Source: Mobula birostris
Lineage: Eukaryota
DNA length: 64,000 nt
NCBI RefSeq assembly: GCF_030028105.1
Contig: NC_092390.1
Location: forward strand, 37,492,777 to 37,556,776
Reading direction: 5' to 3'
The notes below the pieces were generated by a model. It had not been told where the DNA came from and ran no database searches. It was given only the letters and a program-made list of their open reading frames with translations. The translations under genes were made by a program, and so were the position numbers. Positions 25,181 through 38,040 of the stretch are shown here, piece by piece. Every line of letters starts with the position of its first letter. Position 1 is the stretch's first letter.

Positions 25181-26855
25181 TATAATGTATTGAACGCACA
25201 TGTGCTTTTAAGGACTTGAAAACCATGTGTATGATTTTAACACAGTGTTGCATTGATACTTGATTTGCTCTCTCCTTGTTACCTTATTTGAAAATAGCAA
25301 TATAGCACTGGCAGCCTCACAGACATATGGTTTGTATTGGTATTTACCTTTCATTAAAGCAACTTTCACACAGCTGTCATCTCTATCCACATTCAATTAT
25401 TTCTTAAATTTCTGAAATATTCACATGGCAATATATGTTTATGCTATTAGCCATTACATAATACATTGCTTGCCTTAACTAAAACAAGATGTTCAGAATG
25501 GAGCACAGAAGCACTAAACTTAAGCTAGTTCAGAGAAAAAATGAACTGATGCGCTCAGTGCAGAGGGAAGAGTTCGAGGCTATTGCATGTTTGGATCTCA
25601 GGGGTACACCCCATGGAGCCACTGGAAATTACTTGTTAAGAACATTTGTTCCTTCAGGCAAAAATAATTCCTCTTTTACAGATTCCCTGCAGTGATCTAG
25701 AAATAACACCAAAAAATGTTGCTTTATTTGCAACTGAGCTTCAACTTTTTTTGTTCAGATTGTACTACAGTACTAGTGCATCAAACATTTAACTTTTACG
25801 CCTACTAATAACATCCATGTGCTCCAAATGCAATGGAGCATGATATTACACATGAAATATTTGCTTCCAATGGCAAGCAAGCTTACAGTCATGTATTATG
25901 TTATGACTGAGGTCAGAGACTATCCAAGTAGCATTACTAAGCTTCATATTGTGTCCACATGGATCAATATGAATGCCTGCACCTTTGTGTTAGCAGGCCT
26001 ATGATTCAAGTGCCAGATAAGCACACAAATTATTATCCAGATTAGTCATCTGATGATTTCCTTCAGGGAGGACTTGGTTCTCAACTAGAGGAGAAGGCTT
26101 TGAAAAGGCCACTATTCCTCACCTTGTAATTTTGCTCTAAATTTATGTAATTTCTTTAATTTGGTATAATGTGAGAAAGCAAACAAATGCAAATGAATAA
26201 AGACCATTTCCATTGAAGGGGAAAATATGATAATGAAAGTCTCTGTGACTTGTGATTCCTGGTTAAATGTTGTTAAATTATTACCTTCATCTTCCAGTTC
26301 AACACTGGTAATTAATTCAGCTGTGTTGATAACTCAATTACACAGGCAGGAATCACAAATCAATCTCATTTTACAGTCTTCCTATAGTTCATTAAATTCA
26401 AATAAAGGAATAAATCATCAGGAAGTCCACAAAACATGTTTTTATTACATCAAAAACTGATTGAACATTCCAGAAAATCATTGCACATAATAAACAATTG
26501 CGGCTGGTTTGGCATTCCTTCAAAGTCAGTCCTATGGCTTTCACATGCACCCTACACCAGTTCTGCTTTGCCTCAGTATTTACACAGGTGTTTTATGGTA
26601 AGTGTTGTGACTATGACTAAGTTGCTGGAGAAACTGGAGAGGTTGTGGATATGAAAGTCTTTATTCATCATGACAAACGGACATTCTCGTGGAGCCCCTT
26701 TCATAAGCTCAAAAGTACATCACAATTTATACCCTTAAAATCAAAGGTGAGTCAGTACAATTTCAATAGTTACAATGACATTGTCAATCCAAGGTATTGA
26801 AGTAAACAGTGCTTCCTTTGAATTTCATATCTACAACGGGAGACACCTCTGAATG

Positions 26856-27079
26856 AAAAAGGATCTAGCAGCGCTTTCCCAGCATATATGATGAATAAAC
26901 TCTTCTCGGGCTTCCTACCAGGTACAGATATCAATTATGATCAACATTTCAATGACAGACTCTGCCATCTTCATCAGTTATATGCATCATCATCCCTGAT
27001 AAAGATGTAGAGTTCGTCATCAAAATGTTGGTTATAATCGATATCTGTACCTGGTTGGAAGCCGTGAAGAGTTTGTTTA
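26856..27079. mobile_element. Palindromic element with two decayed hammerhead-like motifs (second Penelope-like family)
   Basis: ~84-bp imperfect inverted arms (26894-26977, 26996-27077); 13-bp direct repeat acacctctgaatg at 26843-26855 and 27080-27092. Confidence 0.7.
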
Positions 27080-27894
27080 ACACCTCTGAATGTTCAAATA
27101 CCTTTACAGGGAGAAACTAGTTAACATAGATATTCTAAAATCTCCTGACCACAGGGAGACAGATGCCCAACTATTGACAGATCAGTTACTTCATGTGCTA
27201 AGTGAAAGTATCAGTCTAGTTTGCAAGATGCCTTGAACTTGTTTACAATGGTGCAAATTGCTTAAACCCATAATTGCCTGGATTAATGCAGGCCACTTAA
27301 CATAACCCCATTGTTTTACCATTTGGGTGATGCATATGCAAATGTCACAGGGTTACCATTTTGGAAACCATATCTCTTAGTTTGCAGGCCAGCCTGTGCT
27401 CCACAACAGTAATGTTTATTTACAAATGTATGCTTTTAACTTCAATTTACTGCTTGCAATTTACATTAAGTATGGAAGACTGGTTCTTCCTTAAAGTAAT
27501 ATCTGCTGTATTCACAAAACTCCAGAATACTCCCTAACGGTATGTGTACCTATAACGAAAATAAAAATTAACTCTTCTGTAGTTAGCACTTGTTCATTAA
27601 GTACAATTCAAACCCACAACAACATTTCTATTTCATATAGTCTGCCTGCTGCATGCAGATTCCAGCACTGGAATTTCTGAAGACCAGGCCAACATTAATA
27701 TCTCAGTTCCAACTACATAGACAAGAAGGAACATCTCGCAACAGCTAGCATGTCTTGGTTATTATCAAAAGTTAACATCTCAAAACTTTGCAGCAATTTA
27801 CTAACGTCATTCCTCAAATCAGCAACTGAAACCATAGCTTCTCATTGCTAACAAAATATAATAAATTAATGCAGCATCTTGTGTGATATCTTAC

Positions 27895-29085
27895 CTTGAA
27901 CCTGCAGGGTCTGCTCCAGTTATCTGCCATCAGTATTGCTTGGCACATCATGAGTTTCTCACTGGGAACTCTAGGAACTTTGACATCATGCATAATGTTC
28001 CTGTTTTGGCTGACAGCCTTCCTGGCCTTTGCACCTATGTGCCCTGATGGCAATCTCCTTGTCCGTGCTTTAGATCCTGTATATACAGATTTCTTCACTT
28101 CTCGGTTATTCTTATTGTATCTTCTAAACAGCAAAGTGGACCGCTCCTTTTTGTTTCGGTTAAATGCACCTTCCATTCCTTCGTCACAGGCATCATCTGA
28201 ATCTTCTAAATAGCTTTCAGAAGGTTTCAGAGGACTTCGGTTGATCAAATGGCCTGCAACAAACTTCTCAGTCAAAGGTTTCAGCTTCAGCTTCCTTAGC
28301 TCTGTGCTTAATCCTCCCTGTGTGGTTTTCAAGCTTGGACAACTATAATTACTGTGGTGGTCGCCTTCTCCATTGTAGTCCTTTGGAAACTGCAACGACG
28401 TATTAGATGTACAAGTAGAGGTTGAAGATTGATAGTTTTCATCAACACGGAAAATTGAAGTCTCCTGTGAACGTTGTCCGTGATAAAATATATGGTTCTG
28501 TTTATTCCCACAGCTGGCATGGAGCTTTACCTTCAAGCCACTATTTGTACAATTGTCTTCCATTACTGTTCGGTTGCACAATGATGGCACATTTATGGAA
28601 GACTTTTCTAGTGAGCTGCTATCTTCTTTTTTGATCCCTTCACGCAAGAATGAGGGTCGAATCTCGGGGTTCCAGTGTATACCTTTATCAGTTTGCAATT
28701 TTGTAGGCTTAAGTTTCTCTAAAACCAAGCTGGAATCACATTTTTTCTGTCTAGATGAGCACCTGTTTCCATTGTGACACCTTACATGTGAGCTTGTAGT
28801 TCCCATTGCACTACCCTTAAATTCCATTCCACTGGCTGCATTATATTTTGCTGTCAGTTGTGCCACGGACATCACTGGCAGTGCACTGTGCGCTATTCCC
28901 TGCAAGTCTTTAGGAATGTCAGGAGGACTCTGAAGGATTGACATAGGATCTGCAGCCACCATCCCCTCATTGACATCACAGCCTGAATTTCTCAACCTAT
29001 TTTCATCTCCAGCTGACTGGGACGGTATCATCTTTCCTGATCCCATGCCTACAAACACAGAAGCAGCTAGTTCTTCAGAGGTCAT
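27895..29085 (-). CDS. PLCE1: Phospholipase C epsilon 1, first coding exon (N-terminal ~397 aa of the long isoform); CDS continues in exons outside the window
   Basis: Translation MTSEELAASVFVGMGSGKMIPSQSAGDE matches the human PLCE1 start as I recall it ([28 protein letters not shown]). [40 protein letters not shown] matches [40 protein letters not shown]. ATG at 29085; phase-0 donor AAG|GTAAGA at 27895/27894; 1191 nt uninterrupted. Confidence 0.93.
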
Positions 29086-29511
29086 CTTGAACGAACGACT
29101 CTCAGTATCCTGGTTTTTTTCTTTGACTGTCATAGCATGGCCTTTGCGGTGGCGGTTCTCAAGATGTCCCTGCTGAAGATCGAAAGGCCGAATTCCAAGT
29201 GAACCCCTTTGGTGGGATTCTAAAAGCCAGAGGAAATTTACGAGTTGATAAAACCCATGATCATTCAAACTATGTGCAGCTGGATTCTCTGGTATTGTAT
29301 GACATTACAGAGGAAATTACTCAGTATATTAGAGATAATTTACTGTGAGAAATCAGCCATCTTGCAGCTCTAAATATTCACTTTGCTTCCTTCAAGATGG
29401 ATCTTACCAACCATGATTCCACAGTGAAAACCATAGTGAAAAAAATGAATCTGTTCCTTGGTAGTTAAATGATTTTTCCATATGCAGTCTTCAAATTCAG
29501 ATTAATTTTCA
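29086..29511 (-). other. PLCE1: 5' UTR portion of the PLCE1 exon, with splice acceptor at 29512
   Basis: Strong minus-strand acceptor TTTTTTTCTTGTTTTTACAG|TGAAAA gives a 1617-nt exon. The boundary is inferred from the motif only. Confidence 0.65.
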
Positions 29512-32344
29512 CTGTAAAAACAAGAAAAAAAATTGAATAAGAAAGATAGACATTATGTGTAAAGTACATACCTTCAAAGCAGAATGCCAATGAATATAGT
29601 ACAACACAAGGTAGAATTTGTTGAGTACAGTCAGCAATCATGGTGCAAAATAATGTGCTAGTTTTCTCAAAGGTAATATTTTTGTTCCAGAATCTGTTCA
29701 AAATTATTCTTGCAGGAACCAGAATACAGACATCATTTAGACTGTATTTTTTAAGCTTTTGTTTCAGGAAATATTCCTTCATTTTTAAGATGGAAATGTG
29801 GTGTTAACCTGTTAATAAGATTGGAAATAAGTCTAGTAAACAAAACAGGCAAATTTGATCCATATCCTCCACCAACTACATAGCTTTCAACAACTGAAAA
29901 TAATTTGAAAAATACTGAAAATAATTTGAAATATACAAAACTAGGGATTTTGATACATAATATCCATTTTAAGTAATTTGTATTAATATTTTAAAATCTT
30001 TAACAAAGTCTTTATTGTTATCCTGGTGCATGGGAGAAACTGCTTAAGTTATAAAGCCATTCTCAATGGCTGCACGTGGCACTAATTAACAGTCACTCGT
30101 TATATGGATTTATCTCATCTGGTAATGTGACTAGTTTTGTGGGTGGAGTATGTCCCATTTACAGCTTGATGCCTTTAATATGAGCAAAAAAATAGCACGT
30201 TCAAAGAAAATGATTTTCACTGAATCGACCCTGAATTAAATTTTTTTTAATTTATTGAATTTTTTTTAACTACTTGGGTGAATTGCTCTAAAAATTAGTA
30301 AAAAGGTCTTTGAGATTTCTGAATAATCAGAATCCAGATCACCAAAGCTTTATTAAGTGCACTTTCGTGGAACCACATTAAATAGCAGAAAGTGAACATT
30401 CCTTGAATAAATTGCAGAGACACAAAGAAAGAACAGGGCAGCAAGACTAACTGAACTACTCTTTAAAGCAGTCATGCAGTTAATGACCTAAATAACTTCG
30501 TTTTGTACTGCACAACTCTTGATTCAATGTTCACACTCCCAGGATTTTTCAAAAGCAAATCAAAGAAATTGCATTGGTTTTGAAAAAAGACTTTATTTTT
30601 ATTTGAAATTGCTGGCCTGTAATCAAAGTTACATGAGCTTACATTCCAGGAACTTCCCAAACAGTCAGCTTTGTCAATATTGGTTCTTTGAGAGTGCATC
30701 TATCCCACATTTCACCTTTTTCCTTGGTACCTTGTAAATTTCTTCTCCCCAGTAGAGTAAACCTTTGACAATTCTCTATCTAATTGTCAGAAAACCCCAG
30801 TAGGTCATCATCTGGGATTTCTGAACAAGTGGATAGCAAATAGTTGTAAAGTTACTGTATCCAAACCTAATTTCCTTTTAAACATCAGGGCTCCGATTCC
30901 CCTGTATCCTTGAAACTTAGCTAGCTCTATTTTTTGTGCTCCTTTACAACTCACCTGGGCCCCATTTCCACAATCCCTTGAAACTCACCAGGTTTGCTGG
31001 AATATTTGTTATGTACAGTGTAATGTTTTAAATATGTGAATTTAAAACAAGTGTATTGGGGTATTAATTGTAATAACATTCATTAGCCCCCAAAACCTGC
31101 CAGTTTGGCAGCAAAGTCCTGAGCATGCCATATTAATGGAATTTTGCAGTACATGTCCAACTTCCTTTTAAAAATATCCTGTGGAATCACTTGCCCTCCA
31201 GATAAAGTATTCCAACAGACTGAAAGAGGAGAAAATAAGCTCTTTTCTTCTCTCCTCTGGAACAGTGGCTGATAATTTTGAATCTTAAGCTTCTGACAAG
31301 TGTGAATAATTATTTTTGATCCAAAGCATCTCATCATCTTTAAAATCTCTACTGAGACACCTTTTCAACCTGCTCTGTTCCAAGTTCTGTCTTCACCAAT
31401 GTTCTCTCATAAATAAAGCATGACCACCTGACAATGATCTTGATAAGGATACACAGTGGCCTTTTTCCCATACTTTTGCTTGCTTTGCACTTTTTGTTTA
31501 GAATAAAAACTACAAACTGCCAAAGAGCATTCGAAAGGCCACACTAGCTTTTTACTGGCTCAAGCACCAATTTTACAGCAGCATTTTTTAAATGCATTTT
31601 TAGGCTATTTGAATGGGTAACAAGAACATCCAAAGGGCGACCAAACTGAAAACATTAGAATAAACTTGTCTAAAAATGCAGCCTCTTAATTTTTTCACAT
31701 AATATTTAAAACACAGAAAAGGGGCCGTAATTCCCATTATGTCTGTGCCTTACGCCCTCATACTCCACAACACCTTCCCTACCTCTTCACTCCGCGACTT
31801 ACCCATTGCTCATTCATTTCTTACTACTCATAGTTAAAATGAAAGCTGCCTAATCTTGGCCCATTTTCAGCATTTGGTCTCTGAAGGTCATAGCGCTTCA
31901 AGATTACATCCAAGTATTTTCTTAATGTAATGACAGCTTCTGCCTCTCCCACTATTTCAGTCAGCGAATTCCAAATTGCTACCATCCTCTGGGTGAAAAA
32001 TATTATCCTCTACCCCCTTTAATCCAACAATCACTTCATATCTATTGTACTCCTTTGCTAAGCATTACTTATTCAGAGCTACACAGTTAAAAACCTAATG
32101 TCCCCTCACTTTACAAAAAAGGAAAGACAATTTTCTCATACATTTGATTTACACTGAAAATTCAGTCAGGAACCACATGGTCCCAAACATAATTTCCACG
32201 CGAGTTATGCAAAAGATGCACAGCCCTCCTTTGGGATCATCATGGGAGAACTTAGACCTTACTGTCCTAAGAAAGATCACCATTTTAGTAGTGCAGCACT
32301 AAACTGGGACCCTTATAAGGGAACTCCTGATATTTAACTCTCAA

Positions 32345-32930
32345 GTATGGGAGACCATACCAAATCATGGGAGATGAGGGTTGATGTGGGGAGGAAGCTG
32401 CAGTTCCCAGAGGTTGTGCAAACCACACTTCGACCAGATCGTACTGCGGTCCACCAAAGACAAGAAAATCATCCTGGTGGAGCTCACAGTACCAAGGGAG
32501 GAAGGATGGCAGGAGGCTCACGAGACGAAGGCTCTGAAGTACCAGCCCTTGGTCCAGGAGTACAGGGACAAAGGATGGCAGACATGGAGATCGGCTTTAG
32601 AGGGTTCCCAGCAAGGTCGTCATGGAGGTTGTTGTCCGCTCTGGGCCTTGATGAAAAGAGCAAGAACCAAACAGCTCGCAGAATGGGGGAGGAAGCAGAA
32701 AGAGCCCCTTGCTAGATATGGAGCTGGTGAGAGGACTTGAGCTGGAGGTCAGGAGCAGATGGACGGTGACTTGGCTACTACTGCTGACCCACCAGCTGGA
32801 GAGTGTAGAGGTTAAGGGATGAAACACACTTTGAAGATTGGGCACAACCTGATGACATCTGCCCCAGGCCAAAGGCTATGGTTACCTCATCAGGTAACTG
32901 AAGAGAGCACCCCGGTGTATGATGGAATCA
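32345..32930 (+). mobile_element. Hero-like (R2 superfamily) non-LTR element 3' end encoding a restriction-like endonuclease
   Basis: WEMRVDVGRKLQFP...TTLRPD / IVLRS...IILVELTVP-EEG--EAHE-K--KY--L / EIGFRGF...EEAERA, split by frameshifts. Confidence 0.8.
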
Positions 32931-33469
32931 AGTTCAATGTTTTGGTTCCACATTCTCAATTTACAAACCATACTACATACTCTACTTTACAGCAGCCAGC
33001 TACTATGCCCCTCCCATCCTCAAGTGAAACCTTTGTGTCTCTATGACTCCCCTCTGAAGTCCTGATTCCAGCTCCTTCTCCCCCTTCCCCACCACAACTC
33101 CACCAAGACTTCTCAATCACCATCTGTAACTCTTTCAAAATCTTACTAAATAAGGCCTTCAAACTTGTAGCAACTGAATGGTCCAATTACTTCCACCCAC
33201 CCAAGCCCCTGGTCCCTGAATGGTCCAGATGACTCATATGAAATGAACCTAACAGTCCAAAGCACCATAACTGATCCACTCTCGACCTTTGTCCCACTTT
33301 CCAGCTGTTCCAAAATGCACTAAAAATAAAATCTGCATCTCTTATTTATGTGACTTTCTCTTCAGATTTATAGACAGGGAACCCTATAAATTTATTATAT
33401 CAGGAATAAAGAATTTTTTCTTCATACTTCAAATCTATGTTTCCTTCTTCCACATTCCCACATGACTGA

Positions 33470-34460
33470 GAAAGCAAACCTACCCAATGCATTTTCAACA
33501 AGAACAACCCTCTATCCTCTGAACTCCAGTGTTTAGGCTCAACACACATAACTTTTCCTCAATAGGTAACACCCATGAATCAACCTACTATATATCGCAC
33601 TTTAAATACGATCAAAAAGCTGTTCGTGGTACTCCAAAAATGATCTCACTACATCTATACAACTGTAGAGGGATTTAATAAAAAAAACATCAACTTTGAA
33701 ATAAAGGCTAATATTCAATTTATCTTCCTAATTTCTTGTTGCACAGTGATGATCACTTTGAGTGTTTTTTATACAAGGACCCATATCTTTCCATCCTGCA
33801 GAGTTCTGTAGTCTCTTTCTATTCAAACAACATTCTGCTTTTCTCTGTTCATTCTAGCAAATTGCATGACTTTGGTTGAACTGCAGCTGCCAAATGTTGC
33901 CCGCTAGCTTAACTTGTCAATACTGTATATCCCTTTGCAGATTCTATATATTCCTCACATCTGGTTTTCCCCACCTATCTCTGCATCATCAGCAAATGTA
34001 ACCACAAATCACTCAATTCCTTCAGCTAAATTACTAATGCAGACCACAAATGGCAGAATCTCTAGTGCTGGTCCCTCTGGCATCCCACTAGTTATTATTT
34101 GCCAAGGTGAAAATGGAACATTTATCCTGATTGTCAATCTCTTAAGTGTCCTAATAAATTATCCCCCAATCCACCAAAAACTTTTGCCTGCGTGACCTCT
34201 AATTGAATGCCTTTTGGAAAACCAAAAGAATCACACATACTAGCTCCCATTTCTCCATCCTGTGCATTACATTCTCAATGAACTCTAAGTTAATGAACAG
34301 AATCCCTCTTTCATAAAGCTGCATTGACTCTTAAGATTGTATTACAATTTTCTCAATATCCTGGTCCCAGCTCGGAATCATGACTTCTAGCATTTTTCCC
34401 CAACATCACATATCAATCACTTGTGATTTCTTGTCATTTGTTTCTCCTTTTATGAATATT
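33470..34460 (-). mobile_element. Very old CR1 fragment
   Basis: tgcatcatcagcaaat (reverse of FADD), ccctctggcatcccacta (reverse of SGVP), aatgccttttggaaaacc (reverse of DFQKAF). Confidence 0.7.
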
Positions 34461-36229
34461 GACTAAATGTAGGAAACTTCTAAAAACAGGCTCTGATCAT
34501 CCCATTCAACCCAGCCCCTAATCTATCCAGCCATCTCCCACCCTGCTCCCTTATTCCCAGATGTCCTCAATATCTGTTCCTATAATCCATTAGCAAACCT
34601 TCACTGACGTTCAAGGGAGATACGGGGGATATGATTCCTTGATAAGCCGACAATCTACCCCAGAAGCACTCCTTTGGCAGGGCACTTAGACTTTCCACTG
34701 CATTAAATGCTCTATATAAATATAACTTATTGCCATTGCCTCTCTTACAATGCTATTTAAATGAGGGCCTAATATAACTAATATGTTTTAAAGACAGATA
34801 TATGTATAAAAGAGTAAAACATAAATTGCAAAGAACAGGAACATGGGTGGGGGACAAATGAATAATAGTAAGATTATCACATACAGTACATATTTACAAG
34901 GGGAACACAGCTATTGAAACAACTACTGAAAATGCATGTTTGAAGTAGCAAAATACACAAGTACAAAGTACAGTAAAAGTGCAAAATATGCTCAACTTTA
35001 GAACATAGCTTATTGCTTAGAATGGCAGATCTTAAATTGGAATAAATGTTTTAAAATATATACTCCAGATTAAATTACCTTTGTGATTACCTGTATATTG
35101 CAAAAGTTGAATGCCTGTTTTTACAATACCACAGAAATCATTTGTGAACAGAGCAGTAAGTCAGATTGGAACAGCTAATTCCTATGAGATTCAACAAATA
35201 ATGCATAAAAAGAATAGAGAACATTTGTTCAGTTTCAATATATTCAGTTCATTTATAATTGAACTGGGTATTGCTTTCATTATATGACTGAACAATTTTC
35301 CTGTCAGATGCCTGCCAGGCTAAAAATAATGAGAACTACAGATTTTTTTTTAGGAATCGAAGGGTCAATGCTAACAAAATTTCGCCGACATATTGATCAC
35401 TTTGCATGTAATAGTTGAGTAACATACTTCAAAATAGACATTCACAAGAAAACAATATTTCACATTTCCAGCACCAATGGACTGTTTTGAAAGGAAATTG
35501 GAGTAATTGCTGCTAATCCTCATCCTACATCAAAGAAAAGTTATCTATTTTGTTTACCAATTACATGGTGTTTCTATTGCAGTAGGTTCACTGGATATTG
35601 GACTGGGATCCAAAGTCAATCTAAACAGCGAAGTAAAAACAGTTCCTCACTGGGACACCCACGTTAAAAGTAAAACTTAGATCATACAATACCATGAAAT
35701 ATGAAACTATTAGTATAAATTTATTAGTAGTGATCCAGCGGCTCCCTATCATTTATATACTTAAAGATGCAGCACAACTACAGTATCTGTATAATTCACT
35801 CAATTCAAACATATTTATATCTGCTGACGATTTGAATTGTGCTTCTAATCTAAACTGCAAAATAGGTTGTGGGATGTATGCTACAATGTAACACGTTATA
35901 TGAATGAGATTCACCAATACCTTTTGCCTTTTCTGAAGTCCTTACCAAGTTCTCGGGTTAAAGTTGTGAGATACTGAGTTGTACTGATCAAGCAGAATCA
36001 GCAAATGAAGGTTATAACAAGCTGCATCAGATAGATCATCTTGATCTCTACCCTGTTTTAGGCATTCCCTGTAACCTCTCCACCTCTCCCCTTTCTGCAT
36101 CATAAAACATGTCCATTTTTCAATTCTGATAGCATTCTTCATCCGAAACATTAATTCTGTTTCTCCCTCAGCAATGCACCATAAACTGATCAGTATCTCC
36201 AGTAATTTCTGTTTTATTCTAAGGAATAG

Positions 36230-36625
36230 GGATGGCTACCACCATCAGGAAGGTGGAACAGGAGCCGCAAGACTCACAGCACCAGGTTCAGGAACAGTTA
36301 TTACTCCTCAACCATCAGGCTCCTGAACCAATCAGGATAACATCACTCAACTTCATTTGCCCCAACATTGAAATACTCCACAACCTATGGACTCACTTCC
36401 AAGGATTCTTCATCTTACATTATCGATACTTATTGTTTAGTTATTATAATTTCTTTCCTTTTGTATTTGCACACTGGTTGAGTGCCCAGTTGGTGCAGCC
36501 ATTCATTGATTCTAATGTGATTATTATGGAATTCGTTCAGTATGCCCACAATAAAATAAATCTCAGGGTTGTATATGGTGCATATGTGTATGTACTTTGA
36601 TTAAAAATTTACTTTAAACTTTTAC
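36230..36625 (+). mobile_element. Rex1/Babar 3' end
   Basis: accaggttcaggaacagttattac...aaataaatctcagggttgtatatggtg...aaatttactttaaacttt; same tail as 49085-49343 and 61500-61870. Confidence 0.85.
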
Positions 36626-36814
36626 TTATTGCAAATTAACCTGTAAATAAAAGCTGGAAATACACAGGCAGTATCGATGAAAAAACATATTAGTTGATCC
36701 TTCAGGATATATGACCTACACAGATAGTCCTAACTTCTGAGGAATCCAGAACGTTAGCTAAATTTGCTTTATCCATAGGTATTGTCAGGCATGCGGATAG
36801 CATCCAGAATATTT

Positions 36815-37445
36815 TGAGCAAACACACAAAATTCGGGAGGGGTTCAGCAGGTCAGGTAGCATTTATGGAGGGAAACAGACAGTCAATGCCTTGCATCAAG
36901 ACCTTTCTTCAGCACTGGAGAGAAAGAGCTGCATCACATGCACAAGTCTCCCACCGTCGAGGACAACTTCAAAAGGCGGTGCCTCATGGAGGCAGTATCC
37001 ATCATTAAGGGTCCTCACCAACGAGTGTATACCCACCTCTTATTACTATCTTCAGGGAAGAGGTACAGGAGCCTCAATGTTTTAGGAACAGCTTCTTCCC
37101 CTCTACCGTCAGATCTCTGAACAATTCATGAACCCACGAAGAGCACCTCATTATTCCTCTTTGGCACTAGTTATCTATTCAAGTCGTAGAATAGTACAGC
37201 ACAGAAGCAGGCCCTTTGGCTCATCTAGTCCATACTAAAACCACTTAAACTGATTACTTCCACACACTGACAAACTTCTGAGCGAAGATGTTTCCCCTCA
37301 CGTTCCCCTTAAACTTTTCACTCTTAACCCATGACCTCTGGTTGTAGTAACTTTATTGTAACTTAATAATTTTTTTTATTTCTTGCACTGTACTGCTGCC
37401 ACAAAACAAACTTCATGTCATATGTCAGTGATAATAAATGTGAAT
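36815..37445. mobile_element. Cluster of Penelope pLTR, Rex1 3' and CR1 tail fragments
   Basis: cagcaggtcaggtagcatttatggaggg; ggcagtatccatcattaagg...aggaacagcttcttcccctc; agtacagcacagaagcaggccc. Confidence 0.7.
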
Positions 37446-37624
37446 GGTGGGGGAGTGGTGGAGCAAGATATAATGTTTCCATAAGTAAGAAGTGTGACCA
37501 GAATTTTCATATTATTTTTGCATGGAATTAATTTTTTTTCCAATCTGCACAGACTTTGCTGGTTTTAAACATGATTATGCTAAGACCAATACTGTTGTTC
37601 ATTGAGTAATTTTTAACAGATTGA

Positions 37625-38040
37625 AGATGAGTTTTATTTGTCATGTGTACATCAAAACATACAGTGAATAGCGTTAACAACAGGAATTCTGCAGATGCTG
37701 GAAATTCAAGCAACACACATAAAAGTTGCTGCGTTCACCAGCAACTTTTATGTGTGTTGAGTGAATAGCGTTGTTTGCACCTAGGACCAAAACAGTCTGA
37801 AGATGCACTGGGGCTGCCAGTGCCACACTTCTGGCACCCACATAGCATGTCCACAGTTTACTAATGCTAAAAAGTACGTCTCTGGAACGTGGGCGGAAAC
37901 TGGAGCAGCCAGAGGAAACCCACACGGTCACGGAGAGAACATACAATCCCCCTGTGGACAGCTGCCAGAGTTGAATCCCAATCTTCCAATCACTGGTGCT
38001 GTAAAGAGTGATGCTCACCGCTATGCTACCGTACCACACT
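37625..38040 (-). mobile_element. tRNA-SINE carrying a mini Penelope-like palindromic insertion (37676-37759)
   Basis: tttatttgtcatgtgtacatcaaaacatacagtgaa...ggaaactggagca...accgctatgctaccgtacc; the insertion has a 13-bp TSD agtgaatagcgtt (37663-37675, 37760-37772). Confidence 0.8.

Noticed and set aside
1-27800. Further PLCE1 exons (next coding exon or short-isoform first exon)
   Set aside because: No minus-strand translation resembling the downstream PLCE1 sequence was found; short exons below the ORF-track threshold cannot be excluded.
27814-29268. The 484-aa ORF as a complete single-exon gene
   Set aside because: It starts at a TTG, and the last 26 codons run past a consensus GT donor into intron; homology fits a spliced PLCE1 exon (29085-27895).
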